The notes: generated by a model not told the origin, from the letters alone. 64,000 bases of DNA from Macrostomum lignano (GCA_002269645.1 NIVC01002233.1:1-64000); one strand, 5' to 3'; counted from the stretch's first letter, positions 1-13,436 are shown. Program-made: numbers and translations.

Positions 1-90
1 CAGATTTACTGACGCAGATACGCAATGCTGTAAATTAATTTGCAGACAGAATGTCGCTCCTTTGGCAGCGTGGAGCTTAGTCATACTGTA

Positions 91-2090
91 TTAAATGCAA
101 TTTCTGGCTAGAGCCCAGGGGCCATCAAGGAGACTTGGACAACAGATCGTCCTCGTCCCAGGCCGCTGGGCTTGACTGGGAGATGGGAGTTGGTCGACGT
201 CCATGGCCTCCTCCCCACCGGCCCCCAGCAGAGTCCTCAGGCTCCGATGACAGGATGGAGGAAGCTTCCTCACCTGCATTTTACCTTCAGACCCCACCAG
301 GGTGGCCGAGGAGAGCTCGGATTCCGAAGACCCGGCCTCGTCCTCAACTCCTTCTCCGACTGGCAGGTTTGGTTCCGGGGCTTGGCCGGAGCCGTTACCG
401 CGGTCGCCGAACTGCTGCTAGCAGAGGGGCGAGATGCAGCTTTGGCTTTGGGATCGGCTTGCGCCTTTCCTTGCGGCCTTAGACTGCGCCCGCTCTTGCC
501 GGAGATGCCGGGGTTGGCAGTAGCCTTCCCTTTGGCAGACTTTCCTCGGCGCACTTGAGCTGAGGGCACCCAGCTGGAAAGAGGATCCATTAGGGTACCG
601 ACTCGCCCAAGTGCTGGAAGGCGAGGACAATTGAGTTGCCGTCTCCCCCCTGCGGACTTTGCGGTGATACACCAGTCCACTAGCAGGGAGGTCGGGGTTC
701 AGACGCAGTAGGACCCGGCGAATAACGTCTGGTCCAGCTGCGGTGCTCTTAGCAGGGACGAAAACCACATAGGGTATCGTCTTTGGACGCTGGCCCTCGC
801 GAAGAAAAAGAGCTCCGCCAAGGTCAGCATCCAAGGAGACCGTCGGTAGCCGCTGGAGCAGCTGCCGAGCGTCCTCCTCGCTGCTAGGAGCAATAAGAAC
901 GAATGTGCTTCGCAGCACCATCCGCTCAATGCCGATGGAGATTCCCTCCTCGACAGTCAGCTCAATCAGATAGGAGTCAACAGCTCCACACTTTTGAAGC
1001 TGATCAGTGGTCCAGTCCTGGTCGCGACCTTGGATGATCACTCCGGATTTTGGCCTTGGCCTTCGCCGCAAAGGTAGCTCCGAAGGAACCTCCTTGTTGG
1101 CAGTGGCCATTTGTTGCGCGTGGTTTCGGCCTCAGCAGCCGCGGCAGCAGCTCCAGGAGCGCCGCGCTGAACTACTGGAGCTTCACCGGCGGCGGCCCGC
1201 CTGGTTGCCTTGGGACTCCAGTCGCTTCAGCATCATGGTGGACGCCGCCGCTTTGGCCCCGCAGCTCCCTTCTTGGCCTGCCTTTTGGCGCGTTGTTTAG
1301 CGCGTTTGCGCTCAAGCCGAGCCCGCTGAGCTTCAATCGGATCTGCAGATTTGGCCGGTCCTTTAGGCTCAGAGCTCGCGGTTCCTTAGATCCACCAGCG
1401 GAGCTGGCAGGTCCTTGGGTATTTTGAGTTTGGTAGCTCTGTCGGATCTGCCAGCAGAGCCAGCCGGTCCTTCCTTTGCCACAGTTGAATCAGTCGGTTG
1501 GATCTGCCAGCAGGGCCGGCCGGTGCTTCGGACTGAGGTTGGGGTTTAGAAGGGTCCCCGTCCTAGAGTTAGCTTGATTATCCATAGACGGCTCGAAGGC
1601 CATGATAAAAGGTTGGTGGGCTACCCTCAAAGGGCGCGGTACCACCCGGCCGCTCACCTGACCGGGCAGTAGGCCAATAGCACCCTCAAGGCTGGCCGAC
1701 ACCAGGAGGGGACCGCTTGCGACCGGACTACTCCCCGGCCTTCCAGCCCATCGGGGCACGGTCAACACCTTAGGCATTAGAGAGTACGTTGAGCAGTACC
1801 ACGGCCTGCAGGTTGCGAGCCAGACCCATACCCAAATTCGGCCGAAGCCACTGGATAGGGTCGCAGCGCCGGAGCCCAGTCTGTCAGCAGCCCTAGGGAC
1901 TGCCTTGAACACACGCGGGGACGAGTACCCTGGGTCGACTTGCGAGACAGCGTGGGGGGGTCTGCGGCTGCCAGAGGCAAATAGAGGGTGCAGACCTCCC
2001 ACCAGCCTTGACCTGCTGAAGATAGGGGCAGGCGTAAAGCATCGCAGACCTTAGCCCATGTGGCCTAGTCTGTCTCATACTTCACTGGCA
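91..2090 (-). mobile_element. Decayed non-LTR retrotransposon 5' part (5'UTR plus frameshifted ORF1, DUF4780/LOA-R1-like); no ORF2 seen
   Basis: GC-rich block with broken minus-strand ORFs (1490-2002, 418-1110, 270-680, 91-297). ORF 418-1110 (GIERMVLRSTFVLIAPSSEEDARQLLQRLP...YVVFVPAKSTAAGPDVIRRVLLRLNPDLPASG) has the layout of LOA/R1-type ORF1 proteins, with a basic low-complexity C-terminal part continuing in another frame. Clade assignment is by recall, not by search. Confidence 0.6.
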
Positions 2091-2779
2091 TGCTGAATAC
2101 GCCTTCGCTCTTACCCACAGTATTGTTAATTTCTACTCGAATAAAGCTACATGGGTGCTTCACGACCGTTAGGTAAAAAATGCCTGGCTTGCTCTACATT
2201 AAACACTTCCGCATTTTCGGTCTGTTTAGAGAATCACATTGTGCCATGGTATCGATCAATAATTTTACAATGCTATTTGCAATTTTTGGGCTACAGCAAG
2301 AGCTGTGACTGAGGTCTACACGTACAGTATTAACGTGATCTACAACTGTACGGCGATCACTGGGCGGTACCGATCAGATTTGGAGAGAAGTTATTGATTT
2401 TTCTTTCCCTTCTCTTTCAAACCGTCTCCCTAGCACGCGAACAATCAGTTAACAGTAAGCGCTTATAGCGGAGCTGCAGCTGGAGAGCTGAGAGGCAATC
2501 TAAAGCTACTTTAGAACGCCACACACCCAGAGCTTATATACAGTAAGTATAAGATCAAGGCACTAGAATAAGGAAATACACAGGCGTTAATAGATTGGAA
2601 TTTGCTGTGTACTAACATTGTTGAAATAAAGTACCGGGCGGTACTTTACGGACACGCCACAGTGACACCTGGTCTAATTTGCTAAAATACAACCACTCTT
2701 TTACTATTTAATCTTAGGCCCAGCAATCAGTCCTCCGTAGTTGGGCGTGGCGCATCCTGAAACACACCGAAACCAAATC

Positions 2780-3074
2780 ATGGGCTGCGTATTCGCTAAA
2801 TCGGACGGGGATTTTGAAAACTGCGGCGGTAGGAAACGGCGTCACTCTTGGCGCAGAACTAGTTTGAGCAAGTCGATGCGAATGGCGGCAATTCGACAGA
2901 GAGAACAGGCAGCAGCAGCCGCCGCTGCAGCCAAGCTCCAGGAGGGCGCCGAACAGGCTGGAAATTTCGCACTTCAAGCGTCCAGTCGTCGGTCCTCCTT
3001 GGCCGGAGTTGGACGCTCGCGAGTAGTCTGTCCAGAGCCGCCGGCAGTTTACGACTTTTGCTGTTCCAAACGAG
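2780..3074 (+). CDS. First coding exon of an uncharacterised gene; product starts MGCVFAKS (predicted myristoylation/palmitoylation); downstream exon(s) unresolved
   Basis: 5'UTR donor CA|GTAAGT at 2543, acceptor TCTTAG| at 2717, ATG at 2780 in AATCATGG context and donor GAG|GTAAAT at 3075. A GC-richer, exon-like block follows at 3534-3750. Confidence 0.5.
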
Positions 3075-3254
3075 GTAAATCTGATTTCTAATATGCATTC
3101 ATGATCTGATTCCCAATATGCATGATCTGATTCCCAATATGCATGTAGCCTGTAAACATTGAATTACTCAGGTTTTTCGCCCATAATCTTAACTTCCTGG
3201 AAGATCTGAATACGTGAACTACAGGAGAGTACTCGTACACTCCAGCGGCAGCCT

Positions 3255-3435
3255 CACTAAAGACGTAGCTTCATGACAGTCCCACTAAAGACGTAGCTTC
3301 ATGACATTTCCACTAAAGACGTAGCTGCATGACAGCCTCACTAAGGATGTCACTAAGGATGTAACCCACTAAAGACGTAGCTGCATGACAGCCTCACTAA
3401 AGACGTAGCTGCATGACAGTCCCACTAAAGACTTA
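3255..3435. repeat. 28-bp minisatellite (CACTAAAGACGTAGCTGCATGACAGCCT), about 6 copies
   Basis: Direct tandem repeats visible in the sequence. Confidence 0.9.
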
Positions 3436-5204
3436 CCAGTAGCTTTAGTCAGTTTTGTCTCATCCCGACTCCATCCCAACGGTATTCAAATGATTAATTC
3501 GTAACCAGTGTATCGATCATCATTCCGTCACAGCATTTATTCACTCTAACGAACTCAATACCACTGCACGCCGCTACTCCAGACAACCCCGAAGACGACT
3601 ACCTTTGTCAGCTGGACGGCGTGCGCGAGCAGAAACGCAACGAATTTGAAGATTTTGGCACTTCGCCGCACTTCACTCTGGGCGCTTTCGATCGTCTCGA
3701 ATTCGATCTGACACCGATGGAGAATCCGGAGGACGCATTTTTTTGAAACTGGCACAACAGTCGGGACAGACGGAAGACGAGGCGCTGAAATTTTTTTATA
3801 TTCAAGCAGCGATGGGTTTCTTCATTCTGGTTCAATTGATGTGAAAATTTTATTTTAAAAACCCGATTGCTTCACGCATTCGAGGCTGGCGGATTGTCTC
3901 TGCGGAGTCATATTTTCAGTTGCTAGTAGTAAAGCAGAAATTTACGCCCTATTTTTCTTTCTCATTTTAATTTAATCCAATTTCTTATGCTTGTTGTATA
4001 AGTACGTATGTAACTATGAATCAATTTGTTGTTGCTTTCTATTCACTCCCATTTGTTTCAAGCGTCTAATTTGATGATTTGAACAAAACTTCTGACGCGA
4101 CAAAGGACCTCTAGAAGTAGTTGGACTGAAACAATTTGTTTCTTGGAAAATTTCTTTCCAAAAGATATGTAACCAAAATGTAACGCCACTATCTATGAAC
4201 TCAAATCTTGCGATGGCAGTTGTTTTGTTTGTTGAAGATTAGTACAAAATTTTCTTAGCCTTCTGAGCCTTCAGTTTTTTTCTAAGAAATCATTAAGTAT
4301 CCAGTCCTTCTACTTCTAAAGTGATCCTTGCGCTCGACCGGGAGTCTGTTTACACTTTCGTCATTAGAATCATTGTTCATCAGAAGTATGCTATATTTTC
4401 AATGTATCTTCACACTGATTAGACAAACTTGGCAGGTGGATTCGTGGAAAAAGATTTTGTGGCAGGCACCATTTTTGTTTCACTACAAGCTCTCTCGCAC
4501 CTGCTTTTTTGATGTCGCGCGTTTAAAAAAAAACTTACATGTACGAGTATTTACATTCTGTAAACCTGGTATAAATCAAGGTGTTAAGCGCGTAAAAATG
4601 ATACTGAGCCTGAGTTTCTTTTAACTATGTTTTAAACCGGCAGCAGGAACTTAGGAAGCAGGGAGGAAAGAGATGGGGCATTCCTTTTTTGTCCCATAAA
4701 ATAAACATTTGATTGAAGCTTGCTACTCAAAAGTTTCTGTTTCATGAGATGACTGGTTTATAGCGAATCTCATCAAGCTTTCCATGTCTACCGCTAGGAA
4801 AATTGCCTAATATAACCCCCCAAAGAGACGTTTTTAAACACTCTGCTTCGGACTGGAGTGGCCATGGACGATGGCCTACATGTCCGTCACTGGAATTTTT
4901 CCAACGGAATTGAGAGGTATATAAAACACTTGTTTTCCCATTTTTAATTCAACAAAAGTCTTTCCGTTATCAAACCGTTAGATGCGTAAAAGCAAGTAGC
5001 TCTGGTCTACTTGAGTAGTGATTTGGGTAAAGCAATTCTTTCCTGCAATTTTTTTGCTTTGTCAGTGTATGAAAACATTCGAGGGATGCATATTTACTCC
5101 GTAGCATTTTATGCAACGCTAAGCGTCAAACAGGGGTATCTTGATGGAAATTATTATATCTCTAGCTTTAAAATATCGAATCGGAACACCAAAGACATTG
5201 TTCT

Positions 5205-5480
5205 ACAACAGCATCGAGGATATTGTCCCACAACAGCATCGAGGACATTGTCCCACAACAGCATCGAGGACATTGTCCCACAACAGCATCGGGACATTGT
5301 CCCACAACAGCATCGAGGACATTGTCCCACAACAGCATCGAGGACATTGTCCCACAACAGCATCGAGGACATTGTCCCACAACAGCATCGAGGACATTGT
5401 CCCACAACAGCATCGAGGACATTGTCCCACAACAGCATCGAGGACATTGGCACACAACAGCATCGAGGACATTGTTCCAC
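5205..5480. repeat. 25-bp minisatellite (ACAGCATCGAGGACATTGTCCCACA), about 11 copies
   Basis: Direct tandem repeats; they explain the six repetitive ORFs over 5011-5630. Confidence 0.95.
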
Positions 5481-6483
5481 TTCTTTGGATGGACGCCATA
5501 TGTTGGGAACCTCTTTAAGCAGGTTTTCCTGCAGGTTGGCATCTGGCGAATGATGCTGATCGATTCAGCATTTCAGCTTTTTTCTCTTCCCAGGAGGGGT
5601 TCGTTTAAATCGAAGACAAAAAATAACTAATAATTAGGACCCCAGGCTGTGGGCGTTGTCTTTTCAAACTTGCTAGCTCGGATTCAAGAAAAAGAACTGT
5701 TCAGTTAAGTTCACAGGCACAACTCGCAAGAAAATAATACTGCTAATCGAGAAACTCTGCCAAAGGCTTGGGTGTTGCCTGTTCAGAAATAATTGAACTC
5801 ATTAACCGACCGGATACATCAAGAACAGCGACAGGTTTTCCAAGTTTATTTAAAAAGCCCAATACACTTTCCATCAAAATGAATTTTCTTAATCGATTAA
5901 TCCGCATGAGCTTGCGTATTTAAACAAAGGAATTAATTCTGTCGAGTTTTACAGGTCTGCCAGTCGGAGAAGACTTGCTGGCTGCATGTGGTCCAGCTGA
6001 AGAAATCGCTCACTAAAAGGCATTGTACCAGCACGAGTTCGCACCGCATCTCTAAGGACAAAAACATCACGTGAGAAGTTTTTTTGTTCACTATTAAATT
6101 CCCTACTATACGACGAAGTACGTGCTAGAGTGTATGCATAGAACTGTTTGCTTAAACGCCTGCCGGATACGCAGAGGTTTGTTCCTTAGCCAAACAAAAC
6201 ATTTGACCTGCCCACCCAGCAAACAACCAGGTGCGCGGCCCCAGATATGGATTAAATAATCACAAGAGCGAAAACCTTGCAAATTTTCCCATGCAACTTA
6301 GGCACGCCAGACAAACAACACGAGATCAGGTAGCACACTATGCGATTGTAGCTACTGCAGAAAATCAATTATAAATACTGCATGCATAAAACCTGAGGCT
6401 GAACAACTATTCAAGATCGAAATTCAAGCTACACTACGTTTTGTAACTTTCAGTCTTAAGCGCCTTCTAAATTCGGTACCAAC

Positions 6484-7548
6484 ATGGTGCAGATGGATCT
6501 GACCAGCTATCAGTTCTCCGTGGAGGTCAACTGCACAGCTGAACTGTCTCGCTGGTCCCACCAGACCGAGCTGTGGTTCATCCTGTTCTACATCATCTGC
6601 GACATTCTGCAGTCAATTGTGTGCATAATGGCCCTGCTATTCAACGCCATTTCCTTCGTAGCCCTTGGCATGGATGACAGCGACAGTGCACTGGCCCTGC
6701 AGCTGCGCACCCTGTGCCTGTCTGACACAATCTTTGTTCTGGCTAACACCTTGGACAACTTCTGTCACACTATCGAGTCCATTCCTAATGCCGATTTAAA
6801 TTTCTACTTTCTACCAATCTACGTGCATCCGATAGCTTGGAGCTTCCGCGCTCCATTCATCACCATTCATAACTGGACGATGCTGTTCGTGTCTGTTGTG
6901 CGCTACGTCAAGATTCGCTGGCCTCTGAAGGGCAGCATCTGGTTTACACAGAGCCGAACAATGTACTACATCGTGGCAATCTGGGTGATTAGTCTGGGCA
7001 CTTCGCTAATCCGCTGCCTCGAGGTCACGACAATTTACGGCTTATGCCCGGACGGTCTCTACCGTCTGGCTATTGTTGCTACGAAGATTTTCCCGACGTA
7101 CACCACGGTGACGAACTTCGGTTTGCAGACGGTCACACCCGTTTTAATTGCCGTGGCGGCTAACGCTCTCCTGCTCTACACTATCAAGCACAACGCCAAG
7201 TTCCAGAAGGAGAACTCCTCCGGGGGGGCTAGTCGCGCCGATTCGCAGCTGAAAGATATGACCAGAATGATTGTGCTGCTCCTGCAGCTGTACCTGATCT
7301 GCCAGATACCCATGATTCTGTTCGGATTCAACGTTCTGTTGACCATACCGACTCCCGTGTACATCGTGATCGGGCTGGTTGGCAACGTGATCTCCTCACT
7401 GGATGGCTCGTGCAACTTCATCATCTACGTCTACGCCAATCCGCGCTTCAAGAAGAATGTCAAGCAAATATTCGGCATCAGGGATTATAGCGCCGGCGGA
7501 GAGGCTAGCAAAGCTACCTCCACAATGTCCCTGGCGGTGAAGCCCTAG
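6484..7548 (+). CDS. Intronless rhodopsin-family GPCR, FMRFamide/peptide-receptor-like (354 aa)
   Basis: Seven hydrophobic segments, TM2 L..SD, TM3 end VRYVKIRWP (DRY-like), TM6 YLICQIP and TM7 SCNFIIY..ANPRFK, typical of invertebrate peptide-receptor-like GPCRs. Confidence 0.92.
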   Translation: MVQMDLTSYQFSVEVNCTAELSRWSHQTELWFILFYIICDILQSIVCIMALLFNAISFVALGMDDSDSALALQLRTLCLSDTIFVLANTLDNFCHTIESIPNADLNFYFLPIYVHPIAWSFRAPFITIHNWTMLFVSVVRYVKIRWPLKGSIWFTQSRTMYYIVAIWVISLGTSLIRCLEVTTIYGLCPDGLYRLAIVATKIFPTYTTVTNFGLQTVTPVLIAVAANALLLYTIKHNAKFQKENSSGGASRADSQLKDMTRMIVLLLQLYLICQIPMILFGFNVLLTIPTPVYIVIGLVGNVISSLDGSCNFIIYVYANPRFKKNVKQIFGIRDYSAGGEASKATSTMSLAVKP

Positions 7549-9009
7549 CTATTGATAAAGATATGGAGAAATAGCGATGGCTAATTTTAATTGATAGACT
7601 TGAAGTTCCGTCTTAAGACTAAAAAAAATTTTGCAACAAACAAAAACTATTTAACCTCTACTAGTATAGCCTTTGATTCTAAACTGATTAGGCACTCATC
7701 AATATTGTTAAATTATACTGCTTGCACCAGTATAATAACCACTATATTTTTTTACCATTCTTTCGACACCGAAAGCACTCCTGTTTGACAAATACCTCAC
7801 TAATCATATTTGTTTAATCAAGTTTCGCACTAAGCCTCAATAGAGTAGATTATTGCCTAGACACACTAGCAAAAAGTTCACGAGTATACTAAAAGATGTC
7901 ATCTACTCGTAATTAATGCGCCTCAGAAGCATATTTTCCTTAGTTTTATAGCTCATAGCTAAATCTCCAGAGAGTCAGTTCGTTAAATCGCGATATCCAA
8001 GTAACTGTCAATGGCTAACTTTTTAAAAATCATATTTTTATCGATTGTTTAACAAATTTATTCAATCAAAAATGCTTTTAATTTACGCTTTAATTATTTA
8101 CGCTCACATTCGGACTCGTCCAGGTAGAGGGAGATTTGCTAGCCTAAGCCCGGACAAAACTGCTCAGGGAATTTCGTGTCATCTCGTTAAAGGCTTGATA
8201 GTATTAATCGAGGCCCACACGAAGGCAACAGTTGCCAAGCGCGAGGACAAGCAAAGGGATGAGTGCAGCGCAGAGTTGAGCTGGGGGGAAAGCAAAGACA
8301 GTCCACCTGAGGAGGTCTACAAGAAGAAAGTGTGGATAAATTAATTTCCTGCAAGGGGAGGGAAATTTTAATTACAGACTAGCTAGGCTTTACGTAGCCA
8401 GTCTGTCTGTTCGAAGATTGTCGGAGGGTAGCACGCAGGCGAGATTGGTGTTAAACAAAGGAAGAGGCACCTGAGGGTTGAGATCTAGAGACTTTTCAAT
8501 TTGAAGCTCAAGTCAAAGGTAGCTATTTTGAGCCTAGACTGCAGCGCTCTTTGAGCGAGTCTGTTCAAAAAAATATATTGTATTTTCATCGCGTTTGTCA
8601 GCTAGTAGACAAGTTGGGTCCTCATTATAGACGCTTTTGCTATGAGCAGCATATACGAGTATTTGGAGAGTCTAATTATAGTGTCAGTCCATATATTCGC
8701 TGTCCTTTGCCCCTAGATCAGTCCATTAGTCCGAGTTCAGCTCCTAACTTGTCCATCAGTTGCAGTTTAGTCCGACTATATCTTGTGCTCGAGTCCAATT
8801 TCTAGTTGAGTCAAGTCAAACAATAACTTGTCCAGTCCAGTACCTCTGAAAATTGTGCTATAATTCAAGCTCAGCCTCTTACTAACACGTCCTCAAGTCT
8901 AAATCCAACCTTTAACAACTTTAAAAAGCTTTAACAACGAATCCCAGTCCTTGTCTACCAGTACCGGTCTACTCCCACCGACTCATCCCTAAACCTACGA
9001 AATCCGCCA

Positions 9010-11049
9010 CTAATTTCCAAGACTACAAGGCGGATTAAAACCGCGCGGCGCTGACACGTGCTGCCAGAGCATCGGTGCCAACAGACGTTCTCGTCGACGA
9101 CTCCAGCGTACCACGATGGCTCGCCAATCGGTGCACGAATTGGCATCGTCCAGGTCGCGACTGAGCTGCAATCTCGGCCGGAAGAGGCGGCCGCTATGCC
9201 GCTGCCGGATGCCAGCGAGCGAGGCCAGTAGCGACACTTCAAGCCAGTCTGGCGCGGTCGAAAATCGGCGACTTCGCAGCCAACTCAACGATTTGTTATT
9301 GGTCGCTAAGAGACGGATCTGGGCGGCATTTTCCATGGACATGATGTAGCCGGGACCTGGGGTTTTTATTAATGATGAGCAATAGCGAGTGTATAATAAA
9401 GTAAGTACTAATTTTACCGTGCATTTTAGCCAAGGATGTTATTACTGAACTATCCTTGATGCACTTTGAGAGTTCATAGTTATTTTGTGCATACCTATGT
9501 ACAGTCAGTGTATAGGTTTGCCGTATTCATAGTGCAGCTAGCCCCAGTGAACTGGGATTCAACCCGTGACTAATTGCGCTATTATAACGCCGTAATTGAC
9601 CTTACGTCTTCCGGTTAATCACGCTTTAAACAGAAATCATTTTTACCTGGCATGGGGAACTTTGAAGCTTTAAAACACAGCTAAAAATCAGCAAGTCATG
9701 TTTGTCTGAACTATAAACAGAAGTTTAAATAAAAAATAGATAAATGCATGTAAATGTAACTGCATCTAGGTTTTTAACTTGTACAGTCGCTATCGTTGAT
9801 TCTCCTTAAATTGTTGATTCTCCTTGATCGTTGAATTTCAGCACGAATGCCCTCTATAGGATAGACAGGATGCCCTAGTAGGCGATGCGACCCTTACCTG
9901 TAAACGGCGAATAAGGGGGATTTTTTAAATCTCGGCCTAATAAAAAGCGAATCCCAAACTGGCTTTGCGGGAAGCTCAACAACTGATCCAACTGTACTTA
10001 GATAATGACGTTTTCATAGGCTCGAAATTTCACACAACGTCGAAAAGCTTTGATAGTCACTACCGCTAGACCACTGGCTATTTGAACGATTTGAACGACG
10101 TAAAATTTCGAGCGTTTGAAAGTGACCAGCAATAATTTTCAACGATATGAGGTTTTTAGCTTATGAAAAACCGACCTTCTAAAGGAGATGATTGGGATAC
10201 GAGTATTTTAGCTTTCAACAATGTGAAGTTTCGAGTTTAGAAAGTTGAAAAACTTACGGGATTGGTTTGCGTATATAAAAAATGATTTTTTATAGACATA
10301 TTGACGCTAAAGATGCGAGCTAAACGCAACAGACCTTCTACGAGATTGTCGCCCCGGATTCGGCTTCGGATCTCCAGAGCAACAGCAGCCGAGAGCAGCG
10401 TGCTGGCGTCCTTAGCTGACACCTGGTACGGCAGGTAGCCCAGAAATATTCGACCACTGTCGCCAAGTCTCAGACTGCCCAGATACTCCACCAACCTGAA
10501 CGGGTTCACGGCGCAGTTGGACGACGTGCGCAACAGAAAGCTGGCACCGCGGCAGCTACTCAAGCTCCACTCGATGGCTGCCAGGGTGCCTGAGAAGCCC
10601 AGGGAAGACCGACCGTCAAGTATGAGAATGTCTCCGTATTTACTCGCCTCTGCGTCCAGCAGTTCCCGATCTGCTAGCGATGCAATTCCACTGTCGAATG
10701 TTCCAACAAAGATCCAGCGTAGTTGAAAGTCGCGATGCCGACGGACGGAGGCGTGCAGCTGGCGGTGCTGGGCGCGTTCAGCGGCGGCTGATTCGGCGTC
10801 GACTGCAGCGCCGGATGCAACGATCGCGACGACCACCAGCGGAGGCGGTCGCTTCCAGTCGCAAGGAGTTGGCGAGTGCAGCAGGCGATGCTCACCTCGG
10901 CTTCCATGCTGCAGCTCTGAATATCTTGAACTAGCGTGACAGTCGTAGCCTCGATGCCGAACGACTTGCCAAGTTACGAACAGGCCCAGTAGCGCTAGGC
11001 TCGAACAGTACACCAAAAACTGCAACTGTCGTTTAGCTGTTGCCTCCAT
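9010..11049 (-). CDS. GT31 (beta-1,3-galactosyltransferase-like) type II membrane protein, 2 exons (11049-10335, 9356-9010), about 353 aa; catalytic DxD absent
   Basis: N-terminal TM anchor and LLDAEASKYGDILILD (GT31 E..YGDI motif). Exon 2 begins GPGYIMS (GT31 G.GYvmS motif) after acceptor CCCCAG. The join is frame-consistent using a weak donor G|GTCTGT at 10334, so the exact junction is uncertain. Confidence 0.72.
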
Positions 11050-12095
11050 AGTGTCTTTTTCTTTGCTACTATCTGTGCAGTTGCTGATCAAATTTATGAG
11101 ACGGGTCTTTCACCTGCCGGTGAATTTTAGCAATATTGTCTTAGCAACCAAGTTCCGGTTTGAAGCTACAGTCTGTTGGCTGGGAATACAACGAGACGCT
11201 CAGTGTAGAGCAGTGCAGGAATGCGTTACTTATTCTTATAAATAAAGACAAAAGGTAACCCACCTTTAGTTTCATGCCACAACGAATCAGTTCTTCTGTT
11301 TCTTTCAAGATTTCTCTCTGGCTGTATATTCAAAACCGGCACAAAAAGTAGGACTTGAAAAAATGGACAGGACGCGTTTACGCAAGCTTTTTTACTCCTT
11401 TCATAATAAAGTTAATCTGCAACAAAAACAAAGAAAAAATATCTGTGCAAAGGTATTGATACAGGAATCCGGTGCAGTGTCGTGCAGGATGAAGCTCTGC
11501 AGTCACATGACTCGCCTACAGATATGCTCATATGGAGGGGGAATTCTCGCTGGCTCTCTGATGTGAAACTGAAACCTGTGAATCTTCGAGATGTCCAACC
11601 ATTTTTGTATCGAATTTTTGTCGAACCCTCATAGAAGTTTATGCGGGCAAGTAGAAACAGAATAGCTGCAGGTTTCACAGAGCAGCATAGCAAATCGAGA
11701 CGGCTGACGTACATGCAAGCTGAGATCTAACAATTACCATTGATAAATTGACGCATTACTGCGCTGGGGGGCTAAGCCATGATGACGAGCAGCCGTGATC
11801 AAGCTAATGGACACGAAATAAACAACCAGTGCAAGACACGTGACCGTCTGTTGTGTACTTAAATTATCAGTTGCGAAAAAATGGGAAAACTTAGCCAAAA
11901 AGCATTTAAAACACAATTGAGATAAAAATAGGTGCAGAAAAGCTTACATCAAAGAATTTATCAAAATATTATATTTTTTGTTTTTATCTTTCGATGTCTG
12001 GTTCTTATAGTTAACTCATATTGGCTTCCAGGAATTCCAGGAACTCCAGGAGACAAAAGCACTGTAATTTTTTTGTTGAACTTTGCGCAAAAGAC

Positions 12096-12472
12096 TGTTT
12101 CTCGAAACGTTCGTATGTCTATGGTCTTTCGTAAGGTTGATCTTAACCCTACGACTGCTCGGTAGCAGTCGTAAGACGCACTTAAGCACTAATCGCATAG
12201 TACGTGAAGCTTTAGTCAAGCCAAGTCAAGTTAAACTTTATCGAAGGTGGGTCTTTCTCGAAAGAAACTTACGATAGACTAAGTAAAGATATTTGCAGAT
12301 TTATGACCATAGACATGCAACTTTTCGTTTCAGATACGACTTATGAACAGCGTAAGCCACGCAAAGTCTAAGTGAGTTTTGAGAAAGTGTCTTACGAGCA
12401 AACTTACGCTACACGTAAATTTCTTTCTTACGATCTAACTTACCATAGAACTTACGTGAGTTTCGAGAAACA
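12096..12472. mobile_element. MITE-like element with 13-bp inverted termini TGTTTCTCGAAAC / GTTTCGAGAAACA
   Basis: Inverted repeats at 12096-12108 and 12460-12472, with many internal CTTACG/CGTAAG motifs. No TSD identified. Confidence 0.55.
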
Positions 12473-13084
12473 CCCCCCCCCCCCCTGCAAAGAAATTGTC
12501 ACACTGCGCCGGACAATTTACACGGAAACAACGTTCAAAGCATGAGGTGTCAAACGTTTAGATAGAGATTCCACCAAAGAAAAAACAGCATGGCTCCACG
12601 GCCTGGACTGAACAGGACTAGTCCTTGGGACTCGAGGACTCGGGAGCCTGCAGTCTAAAAATAGAGTTTCCCTTCTAGAATTCTGATTCTATAATATTCT
12701 AGAACTGTGAAACGAATGCGTGTCATTTGCTTCTTTTAGTTTAAAAAGTATGTAATAATTTTTATATTAATTATGAGTAATTTGGGAAACGCCATCCAAA
12801 ACCCCACCCCTTGTATCCCGTCGACCCCGTCTGTATAGTCTCTTGTTCAATGGCAGAGTCCAAAGACCCCCCCCCCCTCACCCCTTGTACCCCATGGACT
12901 TGCACTAGACTAATCTAGTCTGGGTCCACCGTGGGTCCAGCGTAGGTCCATCCGACTAGATGTAGATAGGTAATTTTCCTTTAGTGGAATCTCTATTAAG
13001 TCTGCCGCCATTAAGTGAAAAGCCATGGCACAATCAACGCACGTTAAAAAACCCATTGAGACAATATATTCTCGAGTGCGTCCT

Positions 13085-13086
13085 TT

Positions 13087-13163
<77 letters not shown>
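13085..13163. repeat. (CT)n microsatellite
   Basis: About 39 perfect CT units. Confidence 0.98.
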
Positions 13164-13166
<3 letters not shown>

Positions 13167-13261
13167 GTTCATTTATCTATATATATGTACATTCATTATC
13201 GATCACCCATCAAGCTTGTCAGGTTGTCAAAATTTGTCAGGAAATGGCAGGAAGGAAAAAT

Positions 13262-13436
13262 AAATCCCGTCCCGACTTGTCTCGAGATCCTGTCCCGACT
13301 TGTCTCGAGATCCCGTCCCGACTTTTCTCGAGATCCCGTCCCGACTTGTCTCGAGATTCCGTCCCGACTTGTCTCGAGATCCCGTCCCGACTTGTCTCGA
13401 GATTCCGTCCCGACTTGTTCGGAGATCCCGTCCCCA
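13262..13436. repeat. 23-bp minisatellite (TCCCGTCCCGACTTGTCTCGAGA), about 7 copies, just 3' of the GPCR stop
   Basis: Direct tandem repeats. Confidence 0.95.

Noticed and set aside
1840-1940. HDV-like ribozyme in the LINE 5'UTR (minus strand GG-CAGTCCCTAGGGCTG-CTGA)
   Set aside because: A P4-like hairpin and a J4/2-like CTGA are present, but I could not assign P1, P2 or P3 pairings by eye. An RNArobo or Infernal search would be needed.
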